From: Patescibacteria group bacterium
Lineage (GTDB): Bacteria; Patescibacteriota; Microgenomatia; UBA12405
Assembly: GCA_018902845.1 (NCBI GenBank)
Contig: JAHIPV010000009.1
Coordinates: forward strand, 8,950 to 72,949
Length of the DNA stretch: 64,000 nt
Reading direction: 5' to 3'
Numbering within the stretch: the stretch's first letter is position 1; each line of letters starts with the position of its first letter. Positions 18,778 to 28,697 of the stretch are shown here, piece by piece. A program made the translations under genes and the position numbers. The notes beneath the pieces were generated by a model. It worked only from the letters and a program-made list of their open reading frames with translations. It had not been told where the DNA came from and made no database searches.

Positions 18778-19596
18778 ATGATTGATACCCATGCACATTT
18801 GACTGGAATGTTTTGCGACCTGCCTACCGGCAGGCAAGCTGGGAAGGGAGTGGTGGAAGAGGCGAAAATGGCAAGATTGTGGGCTATTGTGTTGGCGGCT
18901 AGTAATATAGAAGAATCCGTGGAAAATATTAAATTGGCTAAAAATTATGACGGGTTTCTGTTTGCTGCTGCCGGTATTCACCCTCAGCAAACTGATGTTG
19001 AAAATAAAGATTCTATTGATAAACAAATAGCTCATTTAGATGAGTTAATAGGCAAAAACAAGAAAAATATAGTGGCTGTTGGTGAGTGCGGACTAGATTA
19101 CTCCCCTGCTCCGGCAGGTGAAAAAGACAGAAGTAGGAGAGGTCAGGAAAAATTGTTTAGAAAACAAATTTGTTTGAGTATGAAATATAAATTGCCTTTA
19201 ATTATTCATGCCAGAAAAGCAATGGACCAAGTTATTGAAATTTTGAGTGAATATAAAAATTTAAAGGGAGTTTTTCATTGTTATGCCGGAGGGAAAAAAA
19301 GGATTAAAAAGGTGTTAGGTTTGGGAGAAGATTGGTATTTTGGAATTGACGGGAACTTGACTTATGATGATGGACTAGTGGAAGTGGTTAAAAAAATACC
19401 AAGAGACAGGTTAATTCTAGAAACGGATTCCCCTCTTTTGACGCCTGAACCTTTTAGAGGAAAGGAAAACAAACCGGCGTATGTTAAGTATGTATATAAA
19501 AAGGTAAGTGAAATATGGGGGGTGGAATTTAAAGAATGCGAGAAATTAATAGACGAGAATGCCAGAAAAATGTTTGGGATTAATCCGTCATCCTGA
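18778..19596 (+). CDS. tatD: TatD-family metal-dependent hydrolase/DNase
   Basis: N-terminal IDTHAHL and GECGLDY motifs. The stop codon lies inside a repeat module. Confidence 0.8.
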   Translation: MIDTHAHLTGMFCDLPTGRQAGKGVVEEAKMARLWAIVLAASNIEESVENIKLAKNYDGFLFAAAGIHPQQTDVENKDSIDKQIAHLDELIGKNKKNIVAVGECGLDYSPAPAGEKDRSRRGQEKLFRKQICLSMKYKLPLIIHARKAMDQVIEILSEYKNLKGVFHCYAGGKKRIKKVLGLGEDWYFGIDGNLTYDDGLVEVVKKIPRDRLILETDSPLLTPEPFRGKENKPAYVKYVYKKVSEIWGVEFKECEKLIDENARKMFGINPSS

Positions 19597-19676
19597 ATGA
19601 AATGAAGGATCCCGTTGGAGTATAACTAATCTCTTTGGGATTCTTCTCCCGCCAAAGGCGGGATCAGAATGACGAG
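19586..19676. repeat. Composite GC-rich repeat block
   Basis: Contains CGTCATCCTGA, GGATCCC and CCCGCCAAAGGCGGGATCAGAATGACG modules. Confidence 0.8.
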
Positions 19677-19693
19677 GTGTGTCAAGAATAACG

Positions 19694-19939
19694 TTATCGA
19701 TTTAGATAATCAGAAAGGATTTGTTCTAGTTCTTTGATATCCGGATATTGATCAATTAGGATTGGTTTGTTATTAATCAATAGAATGGTTTCTCCCTGTA
19801 TACCTAATTCATAGACTCTATGCATATTGGTAATGTGTTCTGGGTCTCGGTCAATTTGGTAGGATTTACATATAGTTTCTATATCTTTAAATAGTTTTTT
19901 ACCTTTGGATGTGCCTCGATCGTAAAGTTGGATATACAT
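19694..19939 (-). CDS. Small thioredoxin-fold protein lacking the CxxC motif
   Basis: 81 aa. The pattern resembles small thioredoxin-like proteins (K-I-E-V...G-V...P-A-L-V-I-N-G), but RGTSKG occupies the position where CxxC is expected. Confidence 0.35.
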   Translation of the reverse strand: MYIQLYDRGTSKGKKLFKDIETICKSYQIDRDPEHITNMHRVYELGIQGETILLINNKPILIDQYPDIKELEQILSDYLNR

Positions 19940-19991
19940 ATGATTTAAATTCTAAATTCTAATATCTAAATTCTAAACAAATTTCTAAAAT

Positions 19992-20975
19992 TTATTTTTC
20001 CGCTAGTTGGCGGAGTGGTAATCCCGACGAGATCGCCACGTCACTTCGTTCCTCGCGATGACAGGTAGAATTTTGCCAGATTTTGAATACATTGGAAAGG
20101 AGCATGGCAATAGTCATGGGGCCGACACCACCAGGAACAGGGGTGATAAAACTGCAGTTATCTGCAACTGATTTAAAATCGACGTCTCCGACTAATTTGG
20201 AAGTTTGGGGATCTTTGTTTGTACCAACATCAATAACTATAGAATTATTTTTGACATAATCGGCAGTTATGAAATTTGGTTTACCGACAGCCGAAATTAA
20301 AATATCTGCTTTTTGGCAAATTTGAATTAAATTCTTTGTATGAGAATGACAAAGGGTGCAGGTGCAATTTTCTGCGTTTAACAGAGCCAAGAGTGGCAAA
20401 CCAACCTCTAAACTTCTTCCAATAATTACCGCATTTTTACCTGATAAAGAAATTTTATAATTTTTTAGGAGTCTGATAATTCCTAATGCCGTAGCCGGGA
20501 TGATGGCGATAGGATCTTGCTGGAATAATAATCCGAGATTAGTGGAGGTCAGACCGTCAGCGTCTTTGTTTGGATTGATTGAATTTAGAATCTCTAATTT
20601 ATTTAGATATTTTGGTAAAGGAAGCTGGACCATAATGGCGGTAATAGAGGGATCTTGATTGAGTTTTTTAATAAGTTTTATGAGATTCGCTTCGCTAGAT
20701 TCTTCACATTCATTCAGAATGACGGGCTGATTGTCGGAATTGATTTGGTTTGAAAAATTATGAACTTTGGTATTTATGCCTATTTGTTTGGCATTTTTTT
20801 GTTTCATTTCAACATATTTTTTGGAAGCTGGGTCAGAGCCGACTAAAATTATGTCAAGTTTAATATTCGTTTGTCCCCCTGCGGGTGACTGCGCTGACGT
20901 TTGCTTTTTTTTAATATCAGTTTTAAGGGTTTCTAGGATTTTTTGAGATAGTTTTTGACCGTCTAGGATTTGCAT
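19992..20975 (-). CDS. folD: Bifunctional methylenetetrahydrofolate dehydrogenase/cyclohydrolase with in-frame repeat insertions
   Basis: MQILDGQKLSQKI N-terminus and FolD-like core. Repeat-encoded segments lie at 20874-20905 (SAQSPAGGQT), at 20688-20725, and in the C-terminal tail (19998-20068). Confidence 0.8.
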   Translation of the reverse strand: MQILDGQKLSQKILETLKTDIKKKQTSAQSPAGGQTNIKLDIILVGSDPASKKYVEMKQKNAKQIGINTKVHNFSNQINSDNQPVILNECEESSEANLIKLIKKLNQDPSITAIMVQLPLPKYLNKLEILNSINPNKDADGLTSTNLGLLFQQDPIAIIPATALGIIRLLKNYKISLSGKNAVIIGRSLEVGLPLLALLNAENCTCTLCHSHTKNLIQICQKADILISAVGKPNFITADYVKNNSIVIDVGTNKDPQTSKLVGDVDFKSVADNCSFITPVPGGVGPMTIAMLLSNVFKIWQNSTCHREERSDVAISSGLPLRQLAEK

Positions 20976-21011
20976 GATTTATTGTAACAGTATGGTTTTT
21001 AATCTCCATAG

Positions 21012-21170
21012 TTTGTCATTCCGACTCCTTCGACTCCGCTCAGGATAAATTCCATGGAGGAATCTCTGAACTTGTTTCAGAAATCCCGCTGTGGCGGGAT
21101 ACCTCAGACAAGCTGAGAGATCCCTCGACTTCGCTCGGGATGACAAGTGCTTCGCTGGCAATGACAAACA
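21012..21170. repeat. Dense composite repeat cluster (~160 bp). A near-identical ~115-bp copy is at 44463-44578.
   Basis: The string TTTGTCATTCCGAC...TTTCAGAAATCCCGC..GGCGGGATACCTCAGACAAGCTGAGAGATCC is shared between the two loci. Confidence 0.85.
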
Positions 21171-21172
21171 TT

Positions 21173-21949
21173 TTATAGTTTGGTTAAGGTTTCGTGACCG
21201 GTGTTGGTAATTAAAACGGTGTGCTCGAATTGAGCCGAAAGGGCATTGTCGATAGTGCGAACCGTCCAACCGTCGTTTTTGTCTATTTCTATTTGCCAAT
21301 TTAAAGAAGCGTTAATCATCGGTTCGACGGTAAAAATCATGCCCGGTTTTAGTATCGGATTTGACGTTGGGTTACTCTTTTTTTCTCGTAGCCAGTGGTG
21401 AAATACAAAAGGTTCTTCGTGAAATTCCAGCCCTACACCATGTCCTCCCAGCTGTCTGACAGAACTAAAGCCAAATTTTGATACGTAGTTTTCTATGGTT
21501 TTGCCGACACAATTATTGAGTAATTTACCTGGTTTTAGGGATTTAATAGCCAGATTCATGACCTTTTTTGTAACATTAATAAGTTTTTGAGTTTGGGGTG
21601 AAATTTTTCCAACCGGAAAAGTAATGGAAGTGTCACCATAAAAACCATTAAGAATAGTGGTAATGTCGATATTTATAATATCTCCTTTTTTTAGGATATC
21701 TTTAGATGAGGGGATGCCATGGCAAACAACGTTGTTAATAGCCACAGAAATACTTTTGGGGAAACCTTTGTAATTTAGAGGAGCTGGAATGGCCTTATTT
21801 TTGATGATAAATTTATGAGCGATCTTGTTTAATTCTTCAGTCGAAATTCCAGGTTTTATATATTTTTTGGTATGAAGTAATATTTTTCTAGCCAATTTAC
21901 AAGATTTCCTGATTTCGTCTATTTGTTTTGGTGTTTTTATAACAATCAC
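21173..21949 (-). CDS. map: Type I methionine aminopeptidase
   Basis: 258 aa with metal-binding MAP-like motifs (FHHW, VFTVEPMI) and a MIVIKTPKQIDEIRK start. Confidence 0.85.
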   Translation of the reverse strand: MIVIKTPKQIDEIRKSCKLARKILLHTKKYIKPGISTEELNKIAHKFIIKNKAIPAPLNYKGFPKSISVAINNVVCHGIPSSKDILKKGDIINIDITTILNGFYGDTSITFPVGKISPQTQKLINVTKKVMNLAIKSLKPGKLLNNCVGKTIENYVSKFGFSSVRQLGGHGVGLEFHEEPFVFHHWLREKKSNPTSNPILKPGMIFTVEPMINASLNWQIEIDKNDGWTVRTIDNALSAQFEHTVLITNTGHETLTKL

Positions 21950-22199
21950 TGGTTGAATTATACTATTTTGGTGATATAATTATTTGTATATGCGAAGACT
22001 AAGAATACCGGTGAAAGGATTTAATGAAAGATGGACGGCTGTTGGAATAGTTGCTTCTGATACAGGTGGTATGTATCCCATATTGAGATACAGTCATGCA
22101 CCAAAACTGGGCGGTGTAGGAGCAGCAATGGATATCAAAGGTGTAAAAGAGTTGATAAGACAAGGCAATGGTTTGCTGCCTGTAGCACGAAGAGGGGGC

Positions 22200-22820
22200 T
22201 TAGTTACCAAAAGAAAGGCAGACTTGGGAGATGTCAAGAAGAGCGAAGCCCTGGTGTTTTAATGTTTTTGTAATTTTTTTGAATAATTTTGACGGATTTT
22301 TTGAATCAACATTTTCGACTAATATAGATGAATTGACGTTTTTTAACAGAGGAACAGGATCGATTGGTTTTAGGGCATAACCAAATGGTGTTGATTTTGT
22401 TTTTGTACCTGTTTTGGTGGTCGGACTAGCTTGTCCAGTGGTCAAACTGTAAAGATGGTTATTGGCAACAAAAACTTTGATGTCATAATTAGCACGAACA
22501 GCAGTAATTAAATGATTGAGACCTTCTCCGTAAGCTCCCCCATCCCCTACTACAACCACAACCGTTAATTTTGGGTTAGCCAATTTAACACCAATGGCGG
22601 TAGGAATAGCCCGACCATGAAGTGAATGAATTCTGTAAGTATTTAAGAAATTGGATATATTGCCGGCACAACCGATATCAGAAACGACCACTATGTTGTG
22701 ATTGGGAATTTTTAATTTAGCAAAGGCTTGTTGAAGACCGGTTAAAAGAAGAAAATTGGGACAGCCCGGACACCAAGTAGGAACTACCTTAGATTTATAA
22801 TTGTAAATTTGGTTTTTCAT
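22200..22820 (-). CDS. 2-oxoacid:ferredoxin oxidoreductase beta (TPP-binding) subunit
   Basis: The PTWCPGCPNF and GDGGAYGEG motifs are characteristic of POR/KOR beta subunits. Confidence 0.75.
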   Translation of the reverse strand: MKNQIYNYKSKVVPTWCPGCPNFLLLTGLQQAFAKLKIPNHNIVVVSDIGCAGNISNFLNTYRIHSLHGRAIPTAIGVKLANPKLTVVVVVGDGGAYGEGLNHLITAVRANYDIKVFVANNHLYSLTTGQASPTTKTGTKTKSTPFGYALKPIDPVPLLKNVNSSILVENVDSKNPSKLFKKITKTLKHQGFALLDISQVCLSFGN

Positions 22821-24535
22821 TTTAATTTTTTAATTAACTCTTCTGGGAAGAAGGGTCGACCGTTGAATTTTAAAATAGTGGCAGTTGGGCTGAAACTGAA
22901 AAGCGACTTGAGTAAAAACCCTAGCCGTGAAGTTTGACTGTTTTCTATGATAATAGTTTTTTTGTATTTTTTGATTGTTTTTTTTATAGAATCATGAAGA
23001 GGCCAAAGAGTTCTTATTTGTAAAAAGGCAAAATTGTCTAGTTTTTTTAGGGCCTCTAAAATAATACCCTTGTTAGAACCCCAGGAAATAATAAGGCTGT
23101 CGGCTTGTTTATTGCCAAAAAGTCTTGGTTTTGGAGCCAATATCTTGGCAGTTTTTAACTTTTTGGCCCTTTTTTGTTGCATTTTGACAGCAACAATTGA
23201 ATCATCAGATGAAAAACCGAATTGGTTATGCTCGGAACTATTGGCTAAAAACTGGCCATTAGTTGTACCCGGCAGGCAACGGGGAGATACTCCTGACCGC
23301 GTAATCCAATTGTAGCGTTTAAAATTTTTTGTAACTGAATTTAAAATTTTGCCACGATTTACTATGACTTTCTCTTTTGATAAATCTGTAGTTGAAGCAC
23401 TGGATTCGGCAATGAATTTGTCGCTTAAAACAATAATTGGCGTCTGTAATTGATCAGCAAGATTCAGTCCGATATTGGCAAAATCAAAACTTTCCTGCTG
23501 ATCGCCGGGAGCGATTACAACTTTAGGGAATTCACCGTGTCCGGAAAAAATAGCATAAAGCAGGTCAGATTGACTGGTCCAAGTCGGCATACCGGTAGCG
23601 GGACCGGGGCGAGAAACCAGATAATAAAGCATGCCGATTTCACTCATTCCGCAAAAGGAAACAGTTTCGTTCATCAAAGCAAAACCTCCACCGGAAGTAC
23701 CAACTGCTGATCTGGCGCCGGCAAAAGCGGCGCCTGCGCTTAAACTGGCGGTGGCTATTTCATCTTCTGGGTGAACAACCGTAATGTTGTAATCTTTGGC
23801 CCTAGAGGCTAAAAAGTGAAGTGTCCCGCTTGATGGGGTCATGGGGTAGGCGGCATAAAAATTTCCTTTACCTTGTAAAAACCCGTAAGCAAAAGCTTGG
23901 TTGCCATCATTAAAACTAGTTAATCTTCCCCCTGCGGATGACTGTGCTTTCGCTTGGTTCGCTTGTTTGGGGATTTTTAGGGTTTGTTGATATTGTTTCA
24001 AATTTTGCTGAGCGTAAATATAACCGATATCAAAAGCGATCAAATTAGTTTTTGTGTTTTTTGAAAAAACTTTTGAAATAAGTGATGTAGCCTGACTTTT
24101 GTCTTGATTTAGAAGAAAAGCTATGATTCCGAAACAAATAATATTAGCGGACAAAGGATTACCAGCTTGAGAAGAAAGTTGAGAAAGTGGCAAATTGATA
24201 AATTTGCCTTTTGAAACTGGATTTTTTTTGTCTGAAAATACAAGAGTGTTTGGGTGAAATTCGTTTTGATGCTGTCGGCAGTGGCCCGGTTTTAACGAGA
24301 AAAAGTAATCTATTTTTTGGTGGGGAGCGTGAACTTTTTGGTATCCGTAGGTGGCTTGATATGTGTTGTGTCCGCCACGAACAAGTGATGGATATTCTGT
24401 ATAATCATGAAAATAAAAACCTAAGGATTGGAAAAATTTTGAAAATAGTTGACCGCCTGATTTGATGCCCATACCTGCCGGACCGGCAAGTTTGATGGAA
24501 AAGTCTTCTTTTATCATTTTGTTTGATTTTAACAT
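22817..24535 (-). CDS. 2-oxoacid:ferredoxin oxidoreductase fused gamma-alpha subunit, with an in-frame repeat insertion
   Basis: N-terminal gamma-like GPAGMGIKSGGQ and alpha-like YPMTPSS. The AQSSAGGRLTSF segment is encoded by a repeat at 23925-23960. Confidence 0.75.
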   Translation of the reverse strand: MLKSNKMIKEDFSIKLAGPAGMGIKSGGQLFSKFFQSLGFYFHDYTEYPSLVRGGHNTYQATYGYQKVHAPHQKIDYFFSLKPGHCRQHQNEFHPNTLVFSDKKNPVSKGKFINLPLSQLSSQAGNPLSANIICFGIIAFLLNQDKSQATSLISKVFSKNTKTNLIAFDIGYIYAQQNLKQYQQTLKIPKQANQAKAQSSAGGRLTSFNDGNQAFAYGFLQGKGNFYAAYPMTPSSGTLHFLASRAKDYNITVVHPEDEIATASLSAGAAFAGARSAVGTSGGGFALMNETVSFCGMSEIGMLYYLVSRPGPATGMPTWTSQSDLLYAIFSGHGEFPKVVIAPGDQQESFDFANIGLNLADQLQTPIIVLSDKFIAESSASTTDLSKEKVIVNRGKILNSVTKNFKRYNWITRSGVSPRCLPGTTNGQFLANSSEHNQFGFSSDDSIVAVKMQQKRAKKLKTAKILAPKPRLFGNKQADSLIISWGSNKGIILEALKKLDNFAFLQIRTLWPLHDSIKKTIKKYKKTIIIENSQTSRLGFLLKSLFSFSPTATILKFNGRPFFPEELIKKLK

Positions 24536-24540
24536 CCCAA

Positions 24541-24662
24541 CGGAATTGTTTCGTCATTCTGAGCGGGAGCGAAGAATCCCAAAGTGAGTTTTGATTCCTA
24601 TGGGATCCTTCGGTCGTAAGACTTACTCAGGATGACGGGGGTGTATTCAGGATGACGGATGG
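24541..24662. repeat. Composite GC-rich repeat block
   Basis: Contains GTCATTCTGAGCGGGAGCGAAGAATCCC, GGGATCCTTCGG and two CAGGATGACGG modules. Confidence 0.85.
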
Positions 24663-24670
24663 CAAGTTGT

Positions 24671-26401
24671 TTAATCTTTTCGTGATTGGAGTTGCCAGAA
24701 ACGGGAGTAAAGACTGTCAGGGTTTTTTAGAAGCTGGTAATGAGAACCAATTTCTTTTATTTTCCCATGCTTCATAACAACAATTTTTTCAGCTTTGATA
24801 ACAGTAGAAAGACGATGAGCAATAATAAGGGTGGTTTTGTTTTTGGTAGCTTTCCAAAAAGCATCCTGAATTTGTTTTTCCAAGACAGAATCAAGTTGGG
24901 AAGTGGCTTCATCAAAAATAACAATATCGGGATTTGACAAAATCATTCGGGCAATGGCCAATCGTTGTTTTTGACCTCCGGAAAGTTTAACACCCCTTTC
25001 CCCTACCCTGGTTTTATATTTCTTTGGCAAGGTTGAAATAAAATTGTGTAAATTGGCCATTTTGGCGGCAGAAACAACTTCTTTTTGGGTTGTTTTGTCT
25101 CTGCCATAAGCAATGTTGTAGGCAATGCTGTTGTTAAACATAATTGGTTCTTGTGGCACTACCCCTATGAAAGATCGAAGTTGATTTTTGCTAAATTTTT
25201 TTATATTAATGTTATCCAATAATATTTCTCCTTTATCCGGATCATAAAAACGCATCAAAAGCTTGATTAGGGTAGTTTTTCCCACTCCGGAACGGCCAAC
25301 AAAAGCAATAGATTGACCCTGCCGAATTTTTAAATTTATATTTTTGACGGCTTTTTTGGTGGTTTCCGGATATGTAAAAGAGAGATTTTTGAATTCGATT
25401 TCTCCTGTGGCCGATATTTTTTTGACCGGATTAACCGGATCTTTGACTAGAGTATCTTTGTCTAAAACTGAAAAATATTTCTTTAGATCGGTTTGGTCTT
25501 TGGCAATATTTCGAAATTGATAAACCAATTCAAAAAAATTCTCATAAAAAACGGTAATAAAACCAAAAATCATTAGATATTCTCCCGGTGAAATAATGGA
25601 ATTTGTTAATTGTTTTAAAGCAACTAACAATGTTAAAAAAAGCATCAGATTGCCCAAGATACCAACCGTTACTCCTATAACTCTGAAAGAATTGGCAAAA
25701 TTCCAAAACTTTTTCATCCAAGTAATATAGAGATTCTTTAATCTTTTTAACTCCCATGTTTCTTTGGCAAAGAGTTTGACTGTTTCAAAATTAATAAGAT
25801 TATCGACTATTGCATGAGAAAGACGGTCTTCTTCTTTATTAAACTCCCGTCTTGTTTTTATGTTGTGCCTAATTAATAAACGAGCCAGGAATATATTTCC
25901 AATAAATGACAGAATTAAAAAAATCGAGATTTGCCAATTGATATTAAAAAAGAAAAAAAGGACAACAAAAAATTTTATTGCTATTCTGGTTAATCTTATA
26001 TTGATACTATGGTGAAAACTCCAAAATGCGTTGTCTCCTCTTTTTATAGCGCTAATAAGTGAACCGGTGCTTTTGCTTAAGTGGAAAGCAAAGTCCAAAT
26101 CTTGGATTTTTTTGAAAACTGTTAATCTGGCATCTCTGACCGCAAGGGAAAGAAACTTGTCTCCCAACCAATAAGTGAGATTGTCAAAAAGCAGGCTTAA
26201 TAAACGAATAAAAACAAATAATATTAATGTTTTGAAAAGTATTTCAAAATTTTGACTCGAAATGTTATCAGTGAAAAGTTTTAGGAAATAAGGTTGGATA
26301 CTTTCGGTAATACTAAGACCGATTAGGGCGAAAAGAAAAAGAAAGAATTGTTTCTTGTAGCGAAAAATGAAGCGGTAGTAATTTTTGTAAACTTTGAACA
26401 T
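24671..26401 (-). CDS. ABC transporter permease/ATP-binding protein (MsbA-like exporter)
   Basis: An N-terminal 6-TM domain, then Walker A GRSGVGKTT, the signature LSGGQKQR and Walker B IVIFDEATS. Confidence 0.85.
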   Translation of the reverse strand: MFKVYKNYYRFIFRYKKQFFLFLFALIGLSITESIQPYFLKLFTDNISSQNFEILFKTLILFVFIRLLSLLFDNLTYWLGDKFLSLAVRDARLTVFKKIQDLDFAFHLSKSTGSLISAIKRGDNAFWSFHHSINIRLTRIAIKFFVVLFFFFNINWQISIFLILSFIGNIFLARLLIRHNIKTRREFNKEEDRLSHAIVDNLINFETVKLFAKETWELKRLKNLYITWMKKFWNFANSFRVIGVTVGILGNLMLFLTLLVALKQLTNSIISPGEYLMIFGFITVFYENFFELVYQFRNIAKDQTDLKKYFSVLDKDTLVKDPVNPVKKISATGEIEFKNLSFTYPETTKKAVKNINLKIRQGQSIAFVGRSGVGKTTLIKLLMRFYDPDKGEILLDNINIKKFSKNQLRSFIGVVPQEPIMFNNSIAYNIAYGRDKTTQKEVVSAAKMANLHNFISTLPKKYKTRVGERGVKLSGGQKQRLAIARMILSNPDIVIFDEATSQLDSVLEKQIQDAFWKATKNKTTLIIAHRLSTVIKAEKIVVMKHGKIKEIGSHYQLLKNPDSLYSRFWQLQSRKD

Positions 26402-26476
26402 AAGTTAGATATAAAATGTACTTTTGATAATATCATTGTTTTAGATATTTTTTGGAACGTAATAAATTTTTTGAAT

Positions 26477-27670
26477 TTAAACGTACTTTGAATTTTTTAG
26501 TTTGTCTGGTAGCAAATTGGTGTTTTTATCTGGATATTTTTTATAGCCTTTGCCATATCCGATTTCTTTCATCAGTTTAGTTGGAGCATTGCGTAAATTA
26601 AGCGGAATGGGAAGATTGCCAAAGTTTTTTACATCTTCTTGGGCGGAACGGAGGGCGTCGTAGCAGGAGCGATTTTTGGGGCTTTTGGCTAAATAGATAA
26701 CAGCATGGGCCAAATTGATAGCACACTCGGGATAACCAATTTTTTCAACAGCTTGAAAAGTTTGATTAGCAAGCATGAGAGCTGATGAATTGGCAATACC
26801 TATATCCTCTGAAGCAAAAATAATCATACGGCGGGCAATGAATTTTGGATCCTCTCCTGCGTCAACCATTCTGGCAAGGTAGTAAATGGCGGCATTACAA
26901 TCAGAAGCCCGCATGGATTTTATAAAAGCTGAAATGGTGTTGTAATGCTCCTCCCCTTTTTTATCAAAACGCAGAAACTTGTTTTGAAGAGTTGAAACAA
27001 AATTTTTTAGACTAAGATCGTTATAAAGGGTAAAAGTATTGTCAATCATGGTAATGGTTTGACGGGCGTCACCATTGGCCATTTGGATCAACCAGTCCCT
27101 GGCTGGTTTGGTTATTTTTATAGATTTTGCAGTAGCCGAATGACGGTTTATTTCTGAAATTACTCGATTTATGATTTGACCTATTTCTTTGTCAGAAAGC
27201 TGATTTAAAATAAAAACCCGACAACGAGAAAGAAGTGGAGAAATAATTTCAAAACTGGGATTTTCGGTAGTGGCACCAATTAAAGTGAGTTGACCTGACT
27301 CAACATAAGGCAAGAGAAAATCCTGCTGAGCCTTGTTAAACCGGTGGATTTCATCCAAAAATAATACTTTTGAAATGAGAGACGGCTGTGAAACCTGGTC
27401 TGAATTTAATATTTTTTTGATATCGTTTTTTCCGGCTGAAACAGCTGAAAGCTGATGGATTTGAACACCCGCATTTTTGGCCAAAATTTTGGCTAAGGTG
27501 GTCTTGCCTACTCCCGGCGGTCCCCAAAAAATCAGGGAAAATAAAAGTTGTTTGTCGTAAACGATACGGATAGGTTTATCAAGTCCAACTAAGTGTGATT
27601 GTCCTATAAATTCGTCTAAATTTTTGGGGCGGATTAAATCGGCCAAGGGCTGATGAGTATTGAGAGGCAT
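26477..27670 (-). CDS. rarA: Replication-associated recombination protein A (AAA+ ATPase)
   Basis: FWGPPGVGKTTLAKILA Walker A and an MgsA-type C-terminal domain. Confidence 0.85.
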   Translation of the reverse strand: MPLNTHQPLADLIRPKNLDEFIGQSHLVGLDKPIRIVYDKQLLFSLIFWGPPGVGKTTLAKILAKNAGVQIHQLSAVSAGKNDIKKILNSDQVSQPSLISKVLFLDEIHRFNKAQQDFLLPYVESGQLTLIGATTENPSFEIISPLLSRCRVFILNQLSDKEIGQIINRVISEINRHSATAKSIKITKPARDWLIQMANGDARQTITMIDNTFTLYNDLSLKNFVSTLQNKFLRFDKKGEEHYNTISAFIKSMRASDCNAAIYYLARMVDAGEDPKFIARRMIIFASEDIGIANSSALMLANQTFQAVEKIGYPECAINLAHAVIYLAKSPKNRSCYDALRSAQEDVKNFGNLPIPLNLRNAPTKLMKEIGYGKGYKKYPDKNTNLLPDKLKNSKYV

Positions 27671-28644
27671 TGATTAGTTTAGCATGGAGTTTGGTAAATA
27701 TTCGGGTGAGGTATAATCCCTCTATGGATATTTACTACAAGTCAGTCAACGACAAGGAGCTAAAGTCTATAGAACAGACAAGAAAGGGAGTATGGATTGA
27801 TTTTCAAAATATTTCCAAAAAAGATTTAAAGCAAATTGTTTTACTAACAGGTCTCAAGCACGAAGATGTGGATGATGCCTTGGATAGGTTTGAATTGCCA
27901 AGAATCGAAAAAAGAGGTGGCAATATTATAATTTTTTTGAGAGTTCTTGACGATAATCCGAACGACCGGGTGACTGAAACCTTTGTTGTCATTTTGACTG
28001 ATGAAATACTTATTACGGCTTGTACAGGAGAAAACGAATTGGTAAAAAGAATGCTTGAAAGAAAAGACGAGGACTTAAATACTACCCAAAAATCGAAATT
28101 GCTTTTGCAAATTTTGTCAGAATTGTCCCGAGATTACACCAAAGAAATAAAAAACATTAATAACCAAGTATTAAAGCAAAGAAAGGAAATTGAACAAGCT
28201 GATGAAAGCGACATAAAAAGACTTTTGATAAATGAAGAAAAACTAAATCAGTTGTTGTCTTCGCTGATACCGACAAAGAATGTTTTTGAGGCCATTATTC
28301 AGAAAAAATATGTCAGGTTTTATGAGTACGACAGAGATTTGTTTGAGGATGTTTTTATAAATATTAAACAATCAGTTGATACTTGTTTGGTTAATTTAAA
28401 AAGTGTGATCAGTATCAGGAGCGCTTATCAGACAATTGACAGCAATAGATTAAACCAGACAATGAAACTGCTGACTTCATTTACGATTATATTGACAATT
28501 CCGACGATATTGTCGAGTTTTTACGGAATGAATGTAAAACTGCCAGTTGATCAAAATCCGTTAGCTTGGTTGTTTTTGATGGGACTGGCTATTTTTGTGT
28601 CCTTACTGACTTATGCGGTTTTTAGATTAAAGAGGTGGTTGTAA
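27670..28644 (+). CDS. corA: CorA-family Mg/Co transporter
   Basis: C-terminal YGMN motif (FYGMNVKLP) followed by two TM helices. Confidence 0.8.
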   Translation: MISLAWSLVNIRVRYNPSMDIYYKSVNDKELKSIEQTRKGVWIDFQNISKKDLKQIVLLTGLKHEDVDDALDRFELPRIEKRGGNIIIFLRVLDDNPNDRVTETFVVILTDEILITACTGENELVKRMLERKDEDLNTTQKSKLLLQILSELSRDYTKEIKNINNQVLKQRKEIEQADESDIKRLLINEEKLNQLLSSLIPTKNVFEAIIQKKYVRFYEYDRDLFEDVFINIKQSVDTCLVNLKSVISIRSAYQTIDSNRLNQTMKLLTSFTIILTIPTILSSFYGMNVKLPVDQNPLAWLFLMGLAIFVSLLTYAVFRLKRWL

Positions 28645-28697
28645 AATTAGCTAGTTGATTTTTTCCAAAGAATTTAAGATTTTTGAGATTTGTCTTT

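Noticed and set aside
18505-19035. 176-aa minus-strand ORF overlapping tatD
   Set aside because: It is antisense to the well-supported tatD gene (IDTHAHL, GECGLDY motifs) and has no motifs of its own.
20979-21299. 106-aa minus-strand ORF between folD and map
   Set aside because: It lies entirely within the dense repeat cluster at 21012-21170. It is a translation of repeat modules and overlaps the map 5-prime end.
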